This document shows, one piece after another, positions 11,731 to 25,755 of a stretch of DNA of 64,000 nucleotides. The stretch is from Geosiphon pyriformis uo1. Taxonomy: Eukaryota; Fungi; Glomeromycota. The translations under genes and the position numbers were made by a program. The notes beneath the pieces were generated by a model, which had not been told where the DNA came from, made no database searches, and saw only the letters and a list, made by a program, of their open reading frames with translations. Numbering within the stretch: the stretch's first letter is position 1; each line of letters opens with the position of its first letter. The stretch covers positions 207,453-271,452 of the forward strand of contig JAAOMT010000231.1 of the NCBI GenBank assembly GCA_016748015.1, in the 5' to 3' direction.

Positions 11731-14700
11731 GAATTACTGTAAATGAGCAAAAAGCCAAACCAGAAATTTAATAAGTATGAAATACTTTATTTTTTAATTA
11801 ATGAAAAATTTTTATTGGCTTTAAATGCTTTATTGGAAATCTTTGTATCTTTGAATTAGGATTTTTTGGATGTTTGAAATTAAAAAAAAAATTTCGCTTT
11901 GTTTGGATAAAAAATGAGTTATTTGAAAAGCTATCAAGTGTTATATTTTTGTATTTTTACTAACTGCATAAAAATTTTTGTTTGTTTCTTGCCTTTAAAT
12001 AAGCGAACGCAGAAATAATTTTTTTTTACAAAACTTATAGAAAAAAATTCGAAAATAAGAAGTATTAGCGTTAAGAAACGCCACTGGTTTTGGCCTACGA
12101 ATTAAAATTTAAAAAATTAAGAAACAAAATTAAAAGGATAAAATTTAATATAATCCCCTTTTTAATCTTTCTAATTAAAACAAATAATATCCCTTAGCAA
12201 ATTGAATAAAAATGTTTAGTTATAGCCAAAGCTACATGTTTTAAATCTTCACTTTCTTATTTATATTAATTTAGCATTTCAAAACAAAAACATCAAATAC
12301 ATAAACAAAGGTGAAGTGATAAAAAAGAATGTAACTTATTTGATTCAGTTTAAGCATCGGATTTAGTCACGCTGACTAGAATTTGAAATTTTGAATATTC
12401 AATTCGTATTTATGAAAGGATAACTGCTCTAATATTTTTGGACCAAAAGAATTGTTTTCATTAAAATTTTTGGTTGTTTTAAAATGAATATTTATGAGAA
12501 ATTACCCCCATAATTATTTGAATTTCAATCTTGGAAAGGTGTGTTTTAGACCTTAAAGGTAGCGAGATTTCTCTTTTTTATATTAATTATTATATTGATA
12601 TAGTTAGATTATAAAAAGTATGAACCTTTTAAAATCGGATTATAAATTAATTCAAAATTTTCACATTTAAAAACTTTTTAACATCTCGATCAACTTATTG
12701 TTTCCACAAAAAAGCGAGGTGTAAGGGCTTGGAAGAAACTAACCATCGTTAAAATATGACAGCTCTAACAACTAGTCATAAAAATTTTAATTTTTCAGTT
12801 TCCCAAAAACATTGTATTACGCATCCAATGTTTCTTATAATTGACAAAAAGATAACATTAAAAGTATCGGGAAGCTTAAGAATTATCAGTTATTAATATA
12901 TTTCCTAAATAAAAGCATCCTTAGTTTATAAAAAACAGAAGCAATTCTTTTTTCGGAACTTCAGGCACAATTAATGTCAATTAAATCGCACAGCAAACTA
13001 TTAACATATTCTTTAAAAAATATATTGAGCAATGTTATGGTATGTCTAGAGACTTTTTAAAGAAACCTACAATACTTTCCATTGATTAAATTAAAATACT
13101 TGTTTCAATTCATTTGCACAAATTAAAATAAATCCAATATGGTAAATAATTTCAACAGTCTCAGGCAAATGAAAGTTATTAAACTCAATAGATATTTGGT
13201 AAACATAAAATAAGCATATATTGTGATAATATGAAAATTAAAATCCTAATTCATTATTATACTATTTATTAGATATAAATTTAATAATAATAAATATAAG
13301 TCATAATATAAATCAACTTTTGAATCAATAATCAAATTTTAATTTGAATTAACAATAAAAAGTAAAATAATTAAATTTAACATTTTAATAATAAATAGAA
13401 AAGTGTATTAAATATTTCATCAATGTTAATTACTTGTATTTTAAGTTTCGAAAACATTTGGAATTTTCTAATTTAATTTTATGTATAATGAATTAGTTTC
13501 ATATATATATTTCATAATTTTAAGATACAAATTATAACTGGAAAAATTAAAAATTTTATAAACTATTTTTTAAATAAATTTATTATTTTCGAGTTTAAGA
13601 TAAATAAATTAGTTATTATGTTTATTGGGAAGATAAAATTTTTGCATATTCTTATTATAGTATTTTAATTGGTTCACTATTCGCTAATTGTATATGTTAT
13701 GAATTAATATCTTTAAATCTTGATTTTGATATATAAATTGGGTTTTACTTGATTTTTGAACAGATTCGAAGCAAGATAATTTATATTCAAAACAATTATT
13801 TGCGATATTATTTAATTTAATATGTTGTTTAAGTATTGTTCTTAATGTAAATATGTTTCTGTGCTTTAAATTAATTAAGAATTTTTTTAAAATAGTATTG
13901 TTTGTTGAACTGGCAATTTATAAAATTTAAATTAAGGTTATTTGATTTTCTATTCAATTAATTAAACAAAAACAAATTTTAATTCCAAATATAAATAGAC
14001 TCAATCCTACTATTTTGTTTTTAATATCAAGATAATCAATTGATAGTAATAAAAAGGGACTCTAATCAAGAAATAAAATTAGCCTTAAAATTGAATATGA
14101 TAATTATAATTGAAATATTTTGAGTAATATCTTTATCTACTGCTTCTTGCTAAGTTCATTTGTAGTAACTATTTATTTTTTACCACCAATTTACTTTGAA
14201 AGTAATTAAGAACTATATTAATTATTTTTTGCTGAATACTAAAACCAATAAAAGCCATTCAAAATAAAAAGGAAATTAATTTTCTAGCAGTTTATTTCTA
14301 AACACAATAAAAATTGACTTAACTAATATTTAAATCTTTTATTAAAATTTATTAAAATATTTTTAAAATATAAAGGTTAACAGAAATTTGATAGATGTCA
14401 ATATATACTGTATATAAACTGTATTTGAAGTATAAAATTTATAATATGTGGAATCATAAAAGATACCCACGTTGCAAAATGCTAAATTATTTTTCGACTT
14501 CAATTATTAATTTTCTAAGCTAAATTTAACCTTGGGAATATACAGAGGTAAAAATTACTTTTGGCTTGTAATCAGAATAGCTTTTCTCTTTAAGACTAAA
14601 TCTAATTGAATGTAAGTTAAACAAATACTTGTAAATTAAGTGTTTGAAACTCTTAATATAATAATTTGAACTTGAAAATAAATACCATAAGTTCGGTAAA

Positions 14701-16855
14701 TAGTATTTCTTATATCTTAGACACCAAGAATTGAATAATATTTACTGGATATTTCATAAAACAAAAAGTACTTTAAATCAAGAGGTCATCTAAAGAGAGT
14801 TTAATAATTTACACTATCTAAACCAAAAAAAATTTGATTCGGTTTTTTTTGACAAGCATTTTATAATTGTGATACAAATTATTATGTTACACATTTTACA
14901 TAATTTTATACATTATTAAAATATGATACATATTTAATTTATATATCAGAATCATGCATGACATTGAAATATTTATAAAAACTTTCTATTTTAAATTACC
15001 AAAAAAATACAAAAAAATGAGTCACCTTTTTCTTATTAATTAATCAACTAAGATAAATAAAGTCATCAACTAAATTTTATACTTTGAATCGAAAATTTTC
15101 AGGGGTTCCAGTTATAGATATTTTTACTTGTATTCATTATGTAAGATTCAACTTCTTAATTTTTTTCAAAATTTGAAATTCTGAGTAAATTTTAGATTTT
15201 TGATATCGTGAACTGCCAAACTATTTCAAAGATTATAAATATATTCAGTGTTTTTTATGAAGTTTGCTTATAAAATAATCACTTTTGACACAACAGCCAT
15301 GGAGAACATTATATGACATATATAGCAGTATTGCACAAAACACTGAAAATTTTGAGACTGGAAATGGTATTTCAAAAATCTTAGATCAAAGTGGGTTCCA
15401 GATGTACATTTTTCTCAAGAATATTGCTAAAAATGAGTAGCAAGGTTGTTTTAGCATATTAATTAAAGGAGCAATTTTCTGATAATTTAAAAATAAAATA
15501 ATATGCTGAGGTATTTTTTATATTAAAAATGTGATCAATCATAGAAATAGTTAAGATATTTGAAAATTATGGTGATGCCGTGTTTCAAATTGGTTCATGC
15601 GAAAATTATAATTAGGTTGTTATTAAAAATTAGAATTAAAATTGAGAAGATAAATAAATACAAGATATTACAATCTTTTTTTAACATATACGTTGATTTC
15701 AAGTTTTCTTTGAAAAATTTAGCTAAAACTTGAAGAGTCGTAAATCAAAGACAAAACGTTTTAATATAGTAGATTTTAATAATCTTTCAATTAATTTACA
15801 AAGCGTTTAAGCATATCTTTGATAGGTTTCTCTTTTTTAGCCAAATTGCAACTGTCAATATATATATTCTTGTGACACAAACATGTAATTTTGCCATCGA
15901 TAGAGAATTAGACAATTTGAGAATGCCCTTTAGAGTACAAGGTAGCTTAATTGTGCCTTGACTTTAATCACTCTACCATTTTTTATTCATAGGCAAAACA
16001 CTTGAATGAAAAACAGAATTTAATTCCTTTTCTATCTGTAATTCTAAAATTTTTCTGTTTGAGATATTCTTACAATCTTTTAACCTTCACCCCCTTTATC
16101 CTTAAATTTGTATTCTTATTTTCAGACCGTAGTACTGAATTGTGAATGTCTTTATAAGAGTAAAGGTATTAGTTAGAAAAAGAATCCGACTTTTTTATTC
16201 GAAGGGACTCGTCAATAAAATTAAGAATATTTTTTATCAAATTTTTGATTAATTGCAAGTGATTTTACTTGGGTGTTTTGATCTATGTTATTCCATCGTT
16301 CTGGTTTATTGATTCTGTTTAAATCAATCAGTTATAAAAACGAAATAAATAAGATGACAATTAATTTTGTACGCAAATGAAAATTTTGGATCCCAAATAA
16401 CGTCAGGGCCACGACCTAAAAAACCGTTTATTTTTTATATTTTAATCATTTTCGTTTAAGTTTATGTTCCTCAACAAAAGAATTTTACTTACGGTAACAC
16501 AATAGATCGGAATAATATCGACACGGAACTAATGTTTAAAGAAGTTACTTGAGATAGTGGAAGTCATTTTGATAAAGTTTTAAATTAAAGGGTAATTTTA
16601 AAAATAATTTTAAGAGTGAGAAAGTATTGCGAAAAAATAGATCAAATCTTTGCGTTTTCTTCCTTTCGAGCAAGCACGCACAGTCGTTACGATGAAATTA
16701 AAATGCGTGTAATTTGGCGAATTTCACCGTCGAAAATATTAGTAAAAAAACTGTTTTACTAACGGTAGTTACGGGTATTAGATTAACATATGCAATCACT
16801 TTTAATTCTGATAATATATATTAGTATATGATATCATCAGTTGTGTCAGGGTGTA

Positions 16856-17771
16856 CAGTACTCCCCTAAAAAGTAACGGCCATTTCAAAATTTGACACGA
16901 AAATTCTAATACTTTTCCCATTTATTTTATTTTTCACAATTTATATACCAAATAAAAAATTATATCTAATACTGCTTCATTCCGCCTTAGCATTGAGGCA
17001 ATAACCTCTTCGAGAATAGTGGTATCGAATTTCTCCCATTCTTCCTTTAAAGCAAATTTTAAGTTCAACCACAGACTTCATCTTTTGGATATTATCCTTA
17101 AACAGTTTCCAATCTGTTCTCAATTAGATTTAGGTTTGGCAAATTCGCTAGTCACTTGATAATCGAGATTTTATTTTTTATTAACTATTTTTTGAATGAT
17201 ATTCTGAAATAGAAGCAAGCTTGTTTTTAAAACTTCAAGAGATTTATTTTTTCGCCATTTTTTTTGTATTTACAAAATCCTAATGTTGCTTTTAATTCTC
17301 CCGCGAAACATCCCCAAGCTATTGTGAATTTTCGTCCACTTTTGAAAGTAGGTTTCTGAGACATAAGGTTTTTTTGTGGCGATATGTGAGTCAAGTCTAG
17401 AATTTTAGAGTACATTTACGGCAGTTGAAAGACTACATTTTAAGGCCTTATTTTTTTGACAAGTTTGTGGGGGCATGTCGTTTTCCTTGACTTTAAATAC
17501 CGGAAAATCTTTTTCGTGGTTGCTAAGAATTTGTGGTCTTCCAGAATGTGATAAATTTCCACTTTTCCTATTTTTTAGTGCTTGTCTATTCGTTTAGCTG
17601 TGTACGAGTGTTTGTTATTTTTTTATAAGAATATTATAAAATTGTAGAGTTGTAAAAAGTAAAAAAAAATGTTAAGTTTATTTGTCAAAAAGGGAGAAAA
17701 CTTTGATACATGCATATTGATTTTTAAAATTGGTTGCACATGAAAATCAGGCGTTACTTTTTAGGAGTACG
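16856..17771 (-). mobile_element. Tc1/mariner DNA transposon, internally deleted and decayed
   Basis: TIRs CAGTACTCCCCTAAAAAGTAACGGCC / GGCGTTACTTTTTAGGAGTACG flanked by TA; minus-strand transposase remnants KPTFKSGRKFTIAWGCFAG and an ANLPNLNLIE-like (cf. SPDLNPIE) motif. Confidence 0.85.
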
Positions 17772-20700
17772 TACACAGATGGATTGTAATAAATCAATAC
17801 TATGCATTAGTACTATTTTCTGCATAATCTCCAGAGAGAATTAAGCCAATTTGCATTATAATTTTTCTTTAATGATAAATGCCCTGTTAATCGTTTTATT
17901 AATTATATTTGTAATCACTTTGTTATATATTTAAAGCAGTATTAACTTTAGTAAAAAAAACCCAATTATTGTTTTAAAGCTATTTTTGAGAATAATTTAA
18001 ATACATAATTAATAATATATTTTTAGGAATATTTTTGTTTTTGGCATTTCTTGCATGCAATAGATAAAAATTGTGCTTATGAAATTTTTTTTTTGAAAGA
18101 CTTTATGTTGTTAGAGATTACATTATTTAAAAAACTATAGGTTTTGTAAAATAAAAGAAAGATATATATATTGAAAATTAGGCATAAAATTAATAAAAGT
18201 AAAAGTGATGGTATCTGGAGAATTTATTTTTGCAATTTTGAATGTTTTTTATGTTAATTATTTCAGTAAAATAGCAGATGTTATAAAAATTAGGAATGAA
18301 CACATAAATTGGTAAGCATAACAGTATTATTTATTGTAATTATATTTGCATGCATATTTGTAAACAAGTAAAATAAATGCCATATTTTTAATTATGTAAA
18401 AAATTTAACAGTTTTATTCATAGATATAGTATAAGAATAGATATTGACAAAAATTTAAATTATATATTTTATCTCCAACCACCAATCTAATATCTAAATA
18501 TTAATAAGTTTTTTCAGTGATACGTTAAGAATTTTTGCCTAACAAATGTCTTTCAATAAAAATAATTACAGTGGTTGGATTATTGAATTAGAAATATCTT
18601 TTTTCCGAAACATAATTAGCGGGAAAATTATGGAAAACCTTTTCTGCTCACTGATAAAAAAAAATACTTGTTTCAATTGAAGCAATGAAAAATTCAAAGG
18701 AAGGATTCAATAAAAGATTAATGTGTAAGTTAAAAATATATGCCCGAGAAATTTTTTAATCTCTACATTTTTAATTCATAATTTCTTTTAATTAAAATAT
18801 TAAATATTGGTAAAAAATATTTGTCATAATTTATAATCAATATCAGTATCTTTGTTTTTCCAAAAATGAGATTTAAACGTTAAAAATTAAATTTTAGATG
18901 TTAATTATCCAAATTACAAAACAAACTTTATTATATTTGAAAGCTATATAAAACTAATCTTTATAGAAAGTGTAATAACTTTATATTTTTTAAGGTTGTC
19001 CTCAAAATATATATCTAATGAAAAAAATTATATATATATAAATTTATGAAATTTGCGTATGTTTTATAGCATAAAAAAAATTTTGTTTAATTAGTCAATC
19101 AGTTGTTGGTACCTCAATTTTAGCTGAAATATTTAAATTATAGAAATCTTTGTGTTCCTTGTTAAACACGGTTGTTTTATTTTTTTATTTGAGTTTTCAA
19201 AAAATTCACCTCGAAAACCGAAAAAGGAAGATATTTATTGGAAAGTCTTGAGACATTAAGTTTACAAAAATATTAGCACTTAGTGTATTTTAAGAGCTCA
19301 ATATTCCAAAGCTTTTAAATTCTCAAATTGGTGTAATAAATCAGGTCATTTACTATATATTCTTCTATTAAAATGAGTAAGTCCCTTCCAAAGATTTATT
19401 TTAATTCTTTGATAGAGATTTCTTAGAGGAATTTTTCGCCTACTATACCTGTTTATTTATTCCTATTTTTTCCATCCTATTATTATAATTACATTAAATT
19501 TTGCGTTTTAAAATCAATGTCTATTTCCAAAAATTAAGGTAAAAAATTATCGAAAATTGAAAAGTTGCTATATCTTAAATAGCTTTTTCTATTTCTTCAG
19601 CTATTAGCGAGAAAAAAAATGCGTTTAAGCAGCATAATTAATGATGTTTTGCAGAGTAAGTCTTGAATTAAACATTTTTTTTTAGATTTACACTCTATAC
19701 TGCAAAACTTAATTTCTTAAGGCCTCTCTAAATTAAATAAATAATATGTTACTTGATTAATGAGATAAATTCATCTAAATTATGAGCATAAAGAAGGCGA
19801 TGCTTGATAAAATCATAAAACATATTTTTATAATTTAAAAAATAGAGATTAATGATGATTAGTTAGTTCCCTTGATTAAATTAGGAGATAAAACTACTTG
19901 GTCAACGTTAGAATTAATGATTGATATATATAATTTAAATTTTACTTGGTAATTTTCGTTTCATTGAGGCTAATATTTAGTTGTAAAGATTTTAAATTTT
20001 TCAATAATAATTGCTTAAAATAAATATTTGATATTCGAGGATGTATTTTTTGCTTATATTGATAATTAAGAACTCACAACATTATAGATATCTATTTTTA
20101 AAAAGTAGCGCTTTTTTTTAAGGTTTCCAATTTAAGAGTTTGTTTTAATGAGAGTAAACAAAATATTTGGAGTCTAATTGTTAATTTAATACTTGTATTA
20201 ATAAAACTTCTGATTTATCGCTTTTAAATTAATGATAAATTGTAAATCCATTGATTTTAATAAGATATATCATTTTTCACTATTCTGTGTAATAAAATAA
20301 TTTTCTTGTCAATTTTGATAATACTATATTCTTACGGAAATAAGTACCACTAAAATAGGATTTTCCAGAAGAATACGGAAGATTTTTATTAACTTTGATG
20401 AAAAGTATATATTAAGTTGTTTTAGAATAAGTATCATTTTGTAATATCCTGTACATATACATATAATAACTTTATCAATTGTCGTGAATAATCTTATGAT
20501 TAATTTTATCTATGGAAAAATTTTAGGTATAAAGGGAAAGTTTTTCGATGTGTGCATAAATAACGAGAATATTAATTTGGAATATCTTTTATAACAATCT
20601 TTTTATGAAAAAATCCCTTACAAGAAAAAGTTAAAAGGATATTTGAACCCTATAAATACAAATAGACATCTACAGTTTGCAAACCTTTTTTTTGGTTTAC

Positions 20701-20776
20701 TTTCTAGCTAAGGATTTCACTCATCGCATCTTTCAAATCGAAAATTCTGAAAGAAATACAATCAAATAATTCAAAA

Positions 20777-22115
20777 ATGAATTCCAAAATATCTTTCTCA
20801 CAACGAAAAGTCTCTTTTTTCAATCTATTATTACTATCATTATTATTAACATTAACGTTAGTAAACTACCTCTTTTCTAAAAAAGAATTTGCATATGAAA
20901 AACTGAGAACATACACAAATATTTCCAATATAGTTGTTAATAATACTCTGAAACAAAAATATTTAGATACCAATAATTTGACTAAAAGAGCTAGGAGAAT
21001 AATTGATAAAAATCAACTAGGTAAGATGTGGATTTTAGCTGAAATGGCTTACTATGCTCATCAGACATATTGTTTACTTGATGAATCAGGGTTTGTGGAA
21101 GAAGATATTTATGGTAGGTATGCTACTATTTCGCTTGCAAGATTTTAATTTTTTCTGAGAATGAAATTTTAAAATTTAGCGTGGGTATCTCACGCCGCCC
21201 GAAAAATTTTGAGGAACAATTTGTTTGTTCCAGCAATTGTGATACAAGTCAGAGGACGAGAATTAACCTTTGATAGAATGGTTGAATGGGATCGATCCTT
21301 AGCCTTTAAGACTCTAAAATTGGGTCAATTTGAAAACTTCAAAGTACCACTGGAATCTTATCAAAGGTTTGAAAGAAAATTGAAAGATAGAATATTGAAT
21401 TCTCTAGAGAAACTTGTGTCACATAAAAATTATAAAAATTATGCAAAACATAATTTTGTTTTTACAGGTCATGGTGAGGGCGGAGGTAATTAAGATTCTC
21501 AATTTTTTTTATTTCATTATATATTAAATTAATTAATGAATAAAACTTTTTTAAAAGCTCTAGCTACCTATGCTGCATTAGAGTTTTGGAGGCAGAATCG
21601 CGACATAATTAAGCCACAGCAAATTGTAATTGTTACATATGGAGCTCCAAGAATTGGAGATAATGGATTTATACGCTATATTTCAGAAAGATTCTTCGTC
21701 AACCGCGTGACTTACATCAATGATTACGTTCCATTATTTTTGAGCCGTACTTTTAAACATCCAAATACTGAGTATTGGATACTGCTTGACCTCTGTGAAT
21801 GTGGAGATGATAAACCTAAAATTTATAATTGCCATGTGAATTTTGGAACTGAAAATTCTGTAAGTATGGGTAAATATTTTTAACCTGATTTAAATATCTA
21901 GTGTAATTTAACCCATTTTGTCATAATTATTATAGAAATGTAATCTACAATTTCAAAAATCTTTACTAAAGGGAGAGCTAGAAAAAACCTCAGCGATTTA
22001 TGGCTCATTTATTAATGCACATAATGGACCCTATTTCGGGTACAGAATGAAACAATGTTATGAATATAAGCCATTTGCGGATATATATAATAGATATCAA
22101 TTTTGGGATTTTTAG
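20777..22115 (+). CDS. Secreted or signal-anchored lipase class 3 (alpha/beta hydrolase) homolog lacking the nucleophile Ser
   Basis: Exons 20777-21113, 21180-21485, 21558-21859, 21936-22115 in phase, no stops; N-terminal hydrophobic stretch; FVFTGHGEGGALATYAAL, IVTYGAPRIGD, RVTYINDYVP, FKHPNTEYWI, HNGPYFG. Confidence 0.88.
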
Positions 22116-24061
22116 CTTTACTTGAGAGTCTCAATTTACCTTCTTTTCATTCAATTGTATGCAAATTTGCCTTAAAATTTTGTAAAGTTGTTGATTATTA
22201 AAATTTTTATTGTGCTCAATTTTTTATTTTGAAAAATCCAAATTTTCAAGTTTTCAAAACGGTGAAATTTTTTTTAACTACCCCAACTTGCATCAACTAA
22301 AAAAATAAACTTATAAAATTTTGATAATAGTATAGAATAGATGGTAGCCATTCTGCAAATTTTATTATTTCCTCAAAATATTCGATTTTTTTAACAAGTT
22401 TATTTAAAAATTGAACTTGTGAGTCTTATAAATCAAATTTACACTCCACAAATTATGAAATTTTTGAATTTAGCAATGTAAATTTAATTCAAAAAAGACT
22501 TTTTATTTGTTTAAAGCGATAAAATAGGAAATTGAACTAGAATCTCTAAATATTTTCTAATTAATATCGTTATAAAGAGTTCTAACTTTCGGGTAATAAT
22601 TTTCTTTTCTCATTACCAAATTTAGCCGCAATACCATAATGCTCAAAGTTAACAAAAAAATCACACAATTTTTTATGAAAAAGCTAAATAACAAGCAAAA
22701 TCTACTTAATGTAATTTCTTCAAATATAAATGAGTTTACTTATATTTCAATGTGATAGGCTTTAAAATCGGTTTTTCGGTCAAAAGCTTTTAGAGAAGCT
22801 ATTATAAAGAATTAAATGTTAATGTCAACTAACAAACCATTTCTAATTTTATAAGAATAGTTCAACCGTGATAAACTTTGAGTCATAATTCTAAAAATCT
22901 TCTTTCTTTAATTCATTTATTTAAATATAGAATAGTCAACACTAATCAGATGAGTGTTTCTCCCTTTGTAAACTTGCATGCAGCCCCATCACGCAAAGCC
23001 TTTATTGAAACAAAAACAAGAAAATATTATGTTATTCTTAAAAAATTTTTTGCATAAAATGAAACTCGATTTAAATAAAATATAGAATTATTAAAAAAAG
23101 GGGTAGTTTTGGAAATTTTTGAAGTACGATTAAAATTCTTTATTTTTACGTTGATTTCAGTTAAAAAATCTATTAATAGACTATTTACTAATAACTTTTG
23201 AATATTAATTTACATGAAATTATATGAATTTTTTGAGCTTTTGTTTTTCAAATGAAAAATTTCAATGAAAAATAAAAACTAATTTTATGTATTTATTTTT
23301 AAATAAATTTTTTGTTTGGGCAGAGAAGGAAAAAAAAATTGGAATATTCTATAATTTATTTTAAAAATCTAAAAGTTAAAAATATTAATATCTTGCATAA
23401 AATCAGTTTTTAGCTCTTTCTTCATCTTTTTAATGAATTTAATTTTTTTTAAGAATCCTCATGTTTTAAGGGTGGATGATTAAAAGTGCGTTTTGAAAAA
23501 GCAAAAAAATCAGCATCTAGTTTTCCAGAAGCAAATACTTGTACATCGATTTCTAAACTTTTTTAAAGTTCCTTATTGATTCAATTCGGCCGAATCGACC
23601 AACAAATCGGTAAAAATTATTGCAACGTATGAAAACTTGCAAATCCCCTCCCCTAGTCATTGATGTAAACGTTTAATAGGCATGCTCTTGACTCAACCTA
23701 GGCCAATATCTTTATTGGAAAATTCTTATCCCTATACATTCACGTTTTGTTTATTTAATTTATAAAAGAAATTTTTGTTCAAGCCCAAATATGAAATCTC
23801 TAATCTTTTACAAAATTACTCTCTCAAAACGAAGTTTTCTATTATGCAAACATGTATTTAACAAGTCGGGTCCTGTGAAAATATGTACGGTGACTGATGT
23901 TTAGGTATTAAAAGGTGAATCAGCATTAGTAAAATTATGCTGGTGAAACAAAAAGTGAATAAAAATACAAAAGAATGTTTCACGATAGTGAATTTCTTCC
24001 ACCTGGGAAGCTTGTAAATCTATAAAAAGATGAGGGAGATATGAAAATATGTGCATGTAAA

Positions 24062-24117
24062 GTGAAGGAAAAGGAGAAGGGGAAGGAAAAGGAGAAGGGG
24101 AATGGGAAGGGGGGGGG
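24062..24117. repeat. Polypurine 19-bp tandem duplicate plus G-run
   Basis: GAAGGAAAAGGAGAAGGG x2 followed by GAATGGGAA and a G-run; downstream of the multi-TM gene. Confidence 0.8.
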
Positions 24118-24284
24118 TTTGTAAAAAATTTGTACTGTGAATACTATTATAGACAATTTAAAATACCAAAAATGGGTTATGCAATACTACTATATTATTA
24201 TGTAAAAAATGTAAAAAATATTAAATATTAATATTGAAAAGCTTGTTACTTTTCGTCCTTGGATTTGAATAAAATCTTTTATCC

Positions 24285-25544
24285 TTAGCAATTATTGACT
24301 CCAATAAAAACAGCTTCAGGATGCCTTAACTCTTCATTACGACCTGCTTTATGTGCATATTGAAAAATACTAGTTCTGTTTTTGTATTTTTCTTTATAGG
24401 TTTTCTTGGTTGACGATCGACTTAGATTGACTAGCCCGTCTTCAGACATGACCTCGTCTCGATCCCACAAAGCTTCTTCTGAATGCATTGTGTTGCTTTG
24501 AGTAAATGTCTTTGGGAAAGCAAATGATAATTGAGGCGCATGATTATTTCGTTTCAAATAGGATCGAATACGCATCGTTGAAAATCCGGGTGATTTATTC
24601 AGCGCCGGTTCGTCGATATCAGTTTTAGTCGGGGTTGGAAGTGCCAATGGTGGGTAATCATATGTTGGGTATAAAATCAAGGTGATTGACACGTAGACCA
24701 ATGCAGAACTTATATTTATCACATTGTAAACGATTAGATCAGAATTAATTGATAATGTCGCGCGTTTGTTGAGTAATTTATCAATGATGTAAATTAGAAG
24801 CCCCGTGGTTTCAAGGAGGAGAAAGTTTAACAGATACCAATTTCGTGTTCTAAATCTTCTCATCTCGCGAATAGCTTTACGACCAACTAGTAACCCCTCT
24901 GTGAGAACTATCTTCATACGTCGATTTAACTTTAAAAACATTGCTGCTGCAATTGCTACTTGTCCAATAAAAAATAATTGAGGGCCGGCCATTGCTGAAC
25001 CAATATCTTTTGCTCGCATTACGTGTAATACCTCAATCACAGGATAGGCAATGACAAAACATGCAATGTTAAAATAAACATAAAACTTATATTCCATTCT
25101 TGAAATAATCGGTTCCTTGGATAGGGATGTCGTTAGGGTGTAATACCTGGCTAAAGTTATTAACAAAGCACAAGATTTCAACGCAAGTGAAAATGTCCAT
25201 AATGTCAAAGGAACTGCTAGTGAGCTTGTGTTGGTTGTTTCCAAAGATGTTGAAGAATTGTCATTAATGGTCGCAATTAAGTCTGCAATTATACCAAGAA
25301 TAAGAGATGAAATAAGACACGTGAGCCCAATTCCACGACCACTTATAGTGAACCAGCTTTTAATTGTGGGATTAGGTAAGTATGGTTGTGGTTTTTGGGA
25401 TTCTGTTACAAAATGGATTATTGCCCAGAGAAATACGAGAGTGGTTGCTACTGTGTGTGTTATTGTTGTTGATGCGAATAATATGTGTTGGGGCTCTGTT
25501 ATAGATGGATTTTTCCATGGAAGTTCTTGAATCTCGGAATTCAT
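24285..25544 (-). CDS. Intronless multi-pass membrane protein (~7 TM, GPCR-like topology) with Ser/Thr/basic C-terminal tail
   Basis: 419-aa ATG ORF; about seven hydrophobic segments in the first ~290 aa, then a hydrophilic tail. Confidence 0.8.
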   Translation of the reverse strand: MNSEIQELPWKNPSITEPQHILFASTTITHTVATTLVFLWAIIHFVTESQKPQPYLPNPTIKSWFTISGRGIGLTCLISSLILGIIADLIATINDNSSTSLETTNTSSLAVPLTLWTFSLALKSCALLITLARYYTLTTSLSKEPIISRMEYKFYVYFNIACFVIAYPVIEVLHVMRAKDIGSAMAGPQLFFIGQVAIAAAMFLKLNRRMKIVLTEGLLVGRKAIREMRRFRTRNWYLLNFLLLETTGLLIYIIDKLLNKRATLSINSDLIVYNVINISSALVYVSITLILYPTYDYPPLALPTPTKTDIDEPALNKSPGFSTMRIRSYLKRNNHAPQLSFAFPKTFTQSNTMHSEEALWDRDEVMSEDGLVNLSRSSTKKTYKEKYKNRTSIFQYAHKAGRNEELRHPEAVFIGVNNC

Positions 25545-25706
25545 CTAAAGCGAAATTCTGAATAGAATTTTAAGCTTGAAAGAAGGTAAATTTATCACTC
25601 CAGGTATAGAAGGATAATTTGGAAAGGTTAAATTTTTTATGAAAAATCTTTGACTTGGGTATATTTTCAACAAAAGTTGAAAAATTCCAAATTATTACGT
25701 TCTTTT

Positions 25707-25707
25707 C

Positions 25708-25749
<42 letters not shown>
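25707..25749. repeat. Poly(T) immediately followed by long poly(A)
   Basis: About 12 T then about 31 A, upstream of the multi-TM gene. Confidence 0.9.

Positions 25750-25755
<6 letters not shown>

Noticed and set aside
25228-25530. 100-aa plus-strand ORF
   Set aside because: Antisense shadow of the 419-aa membrane protein
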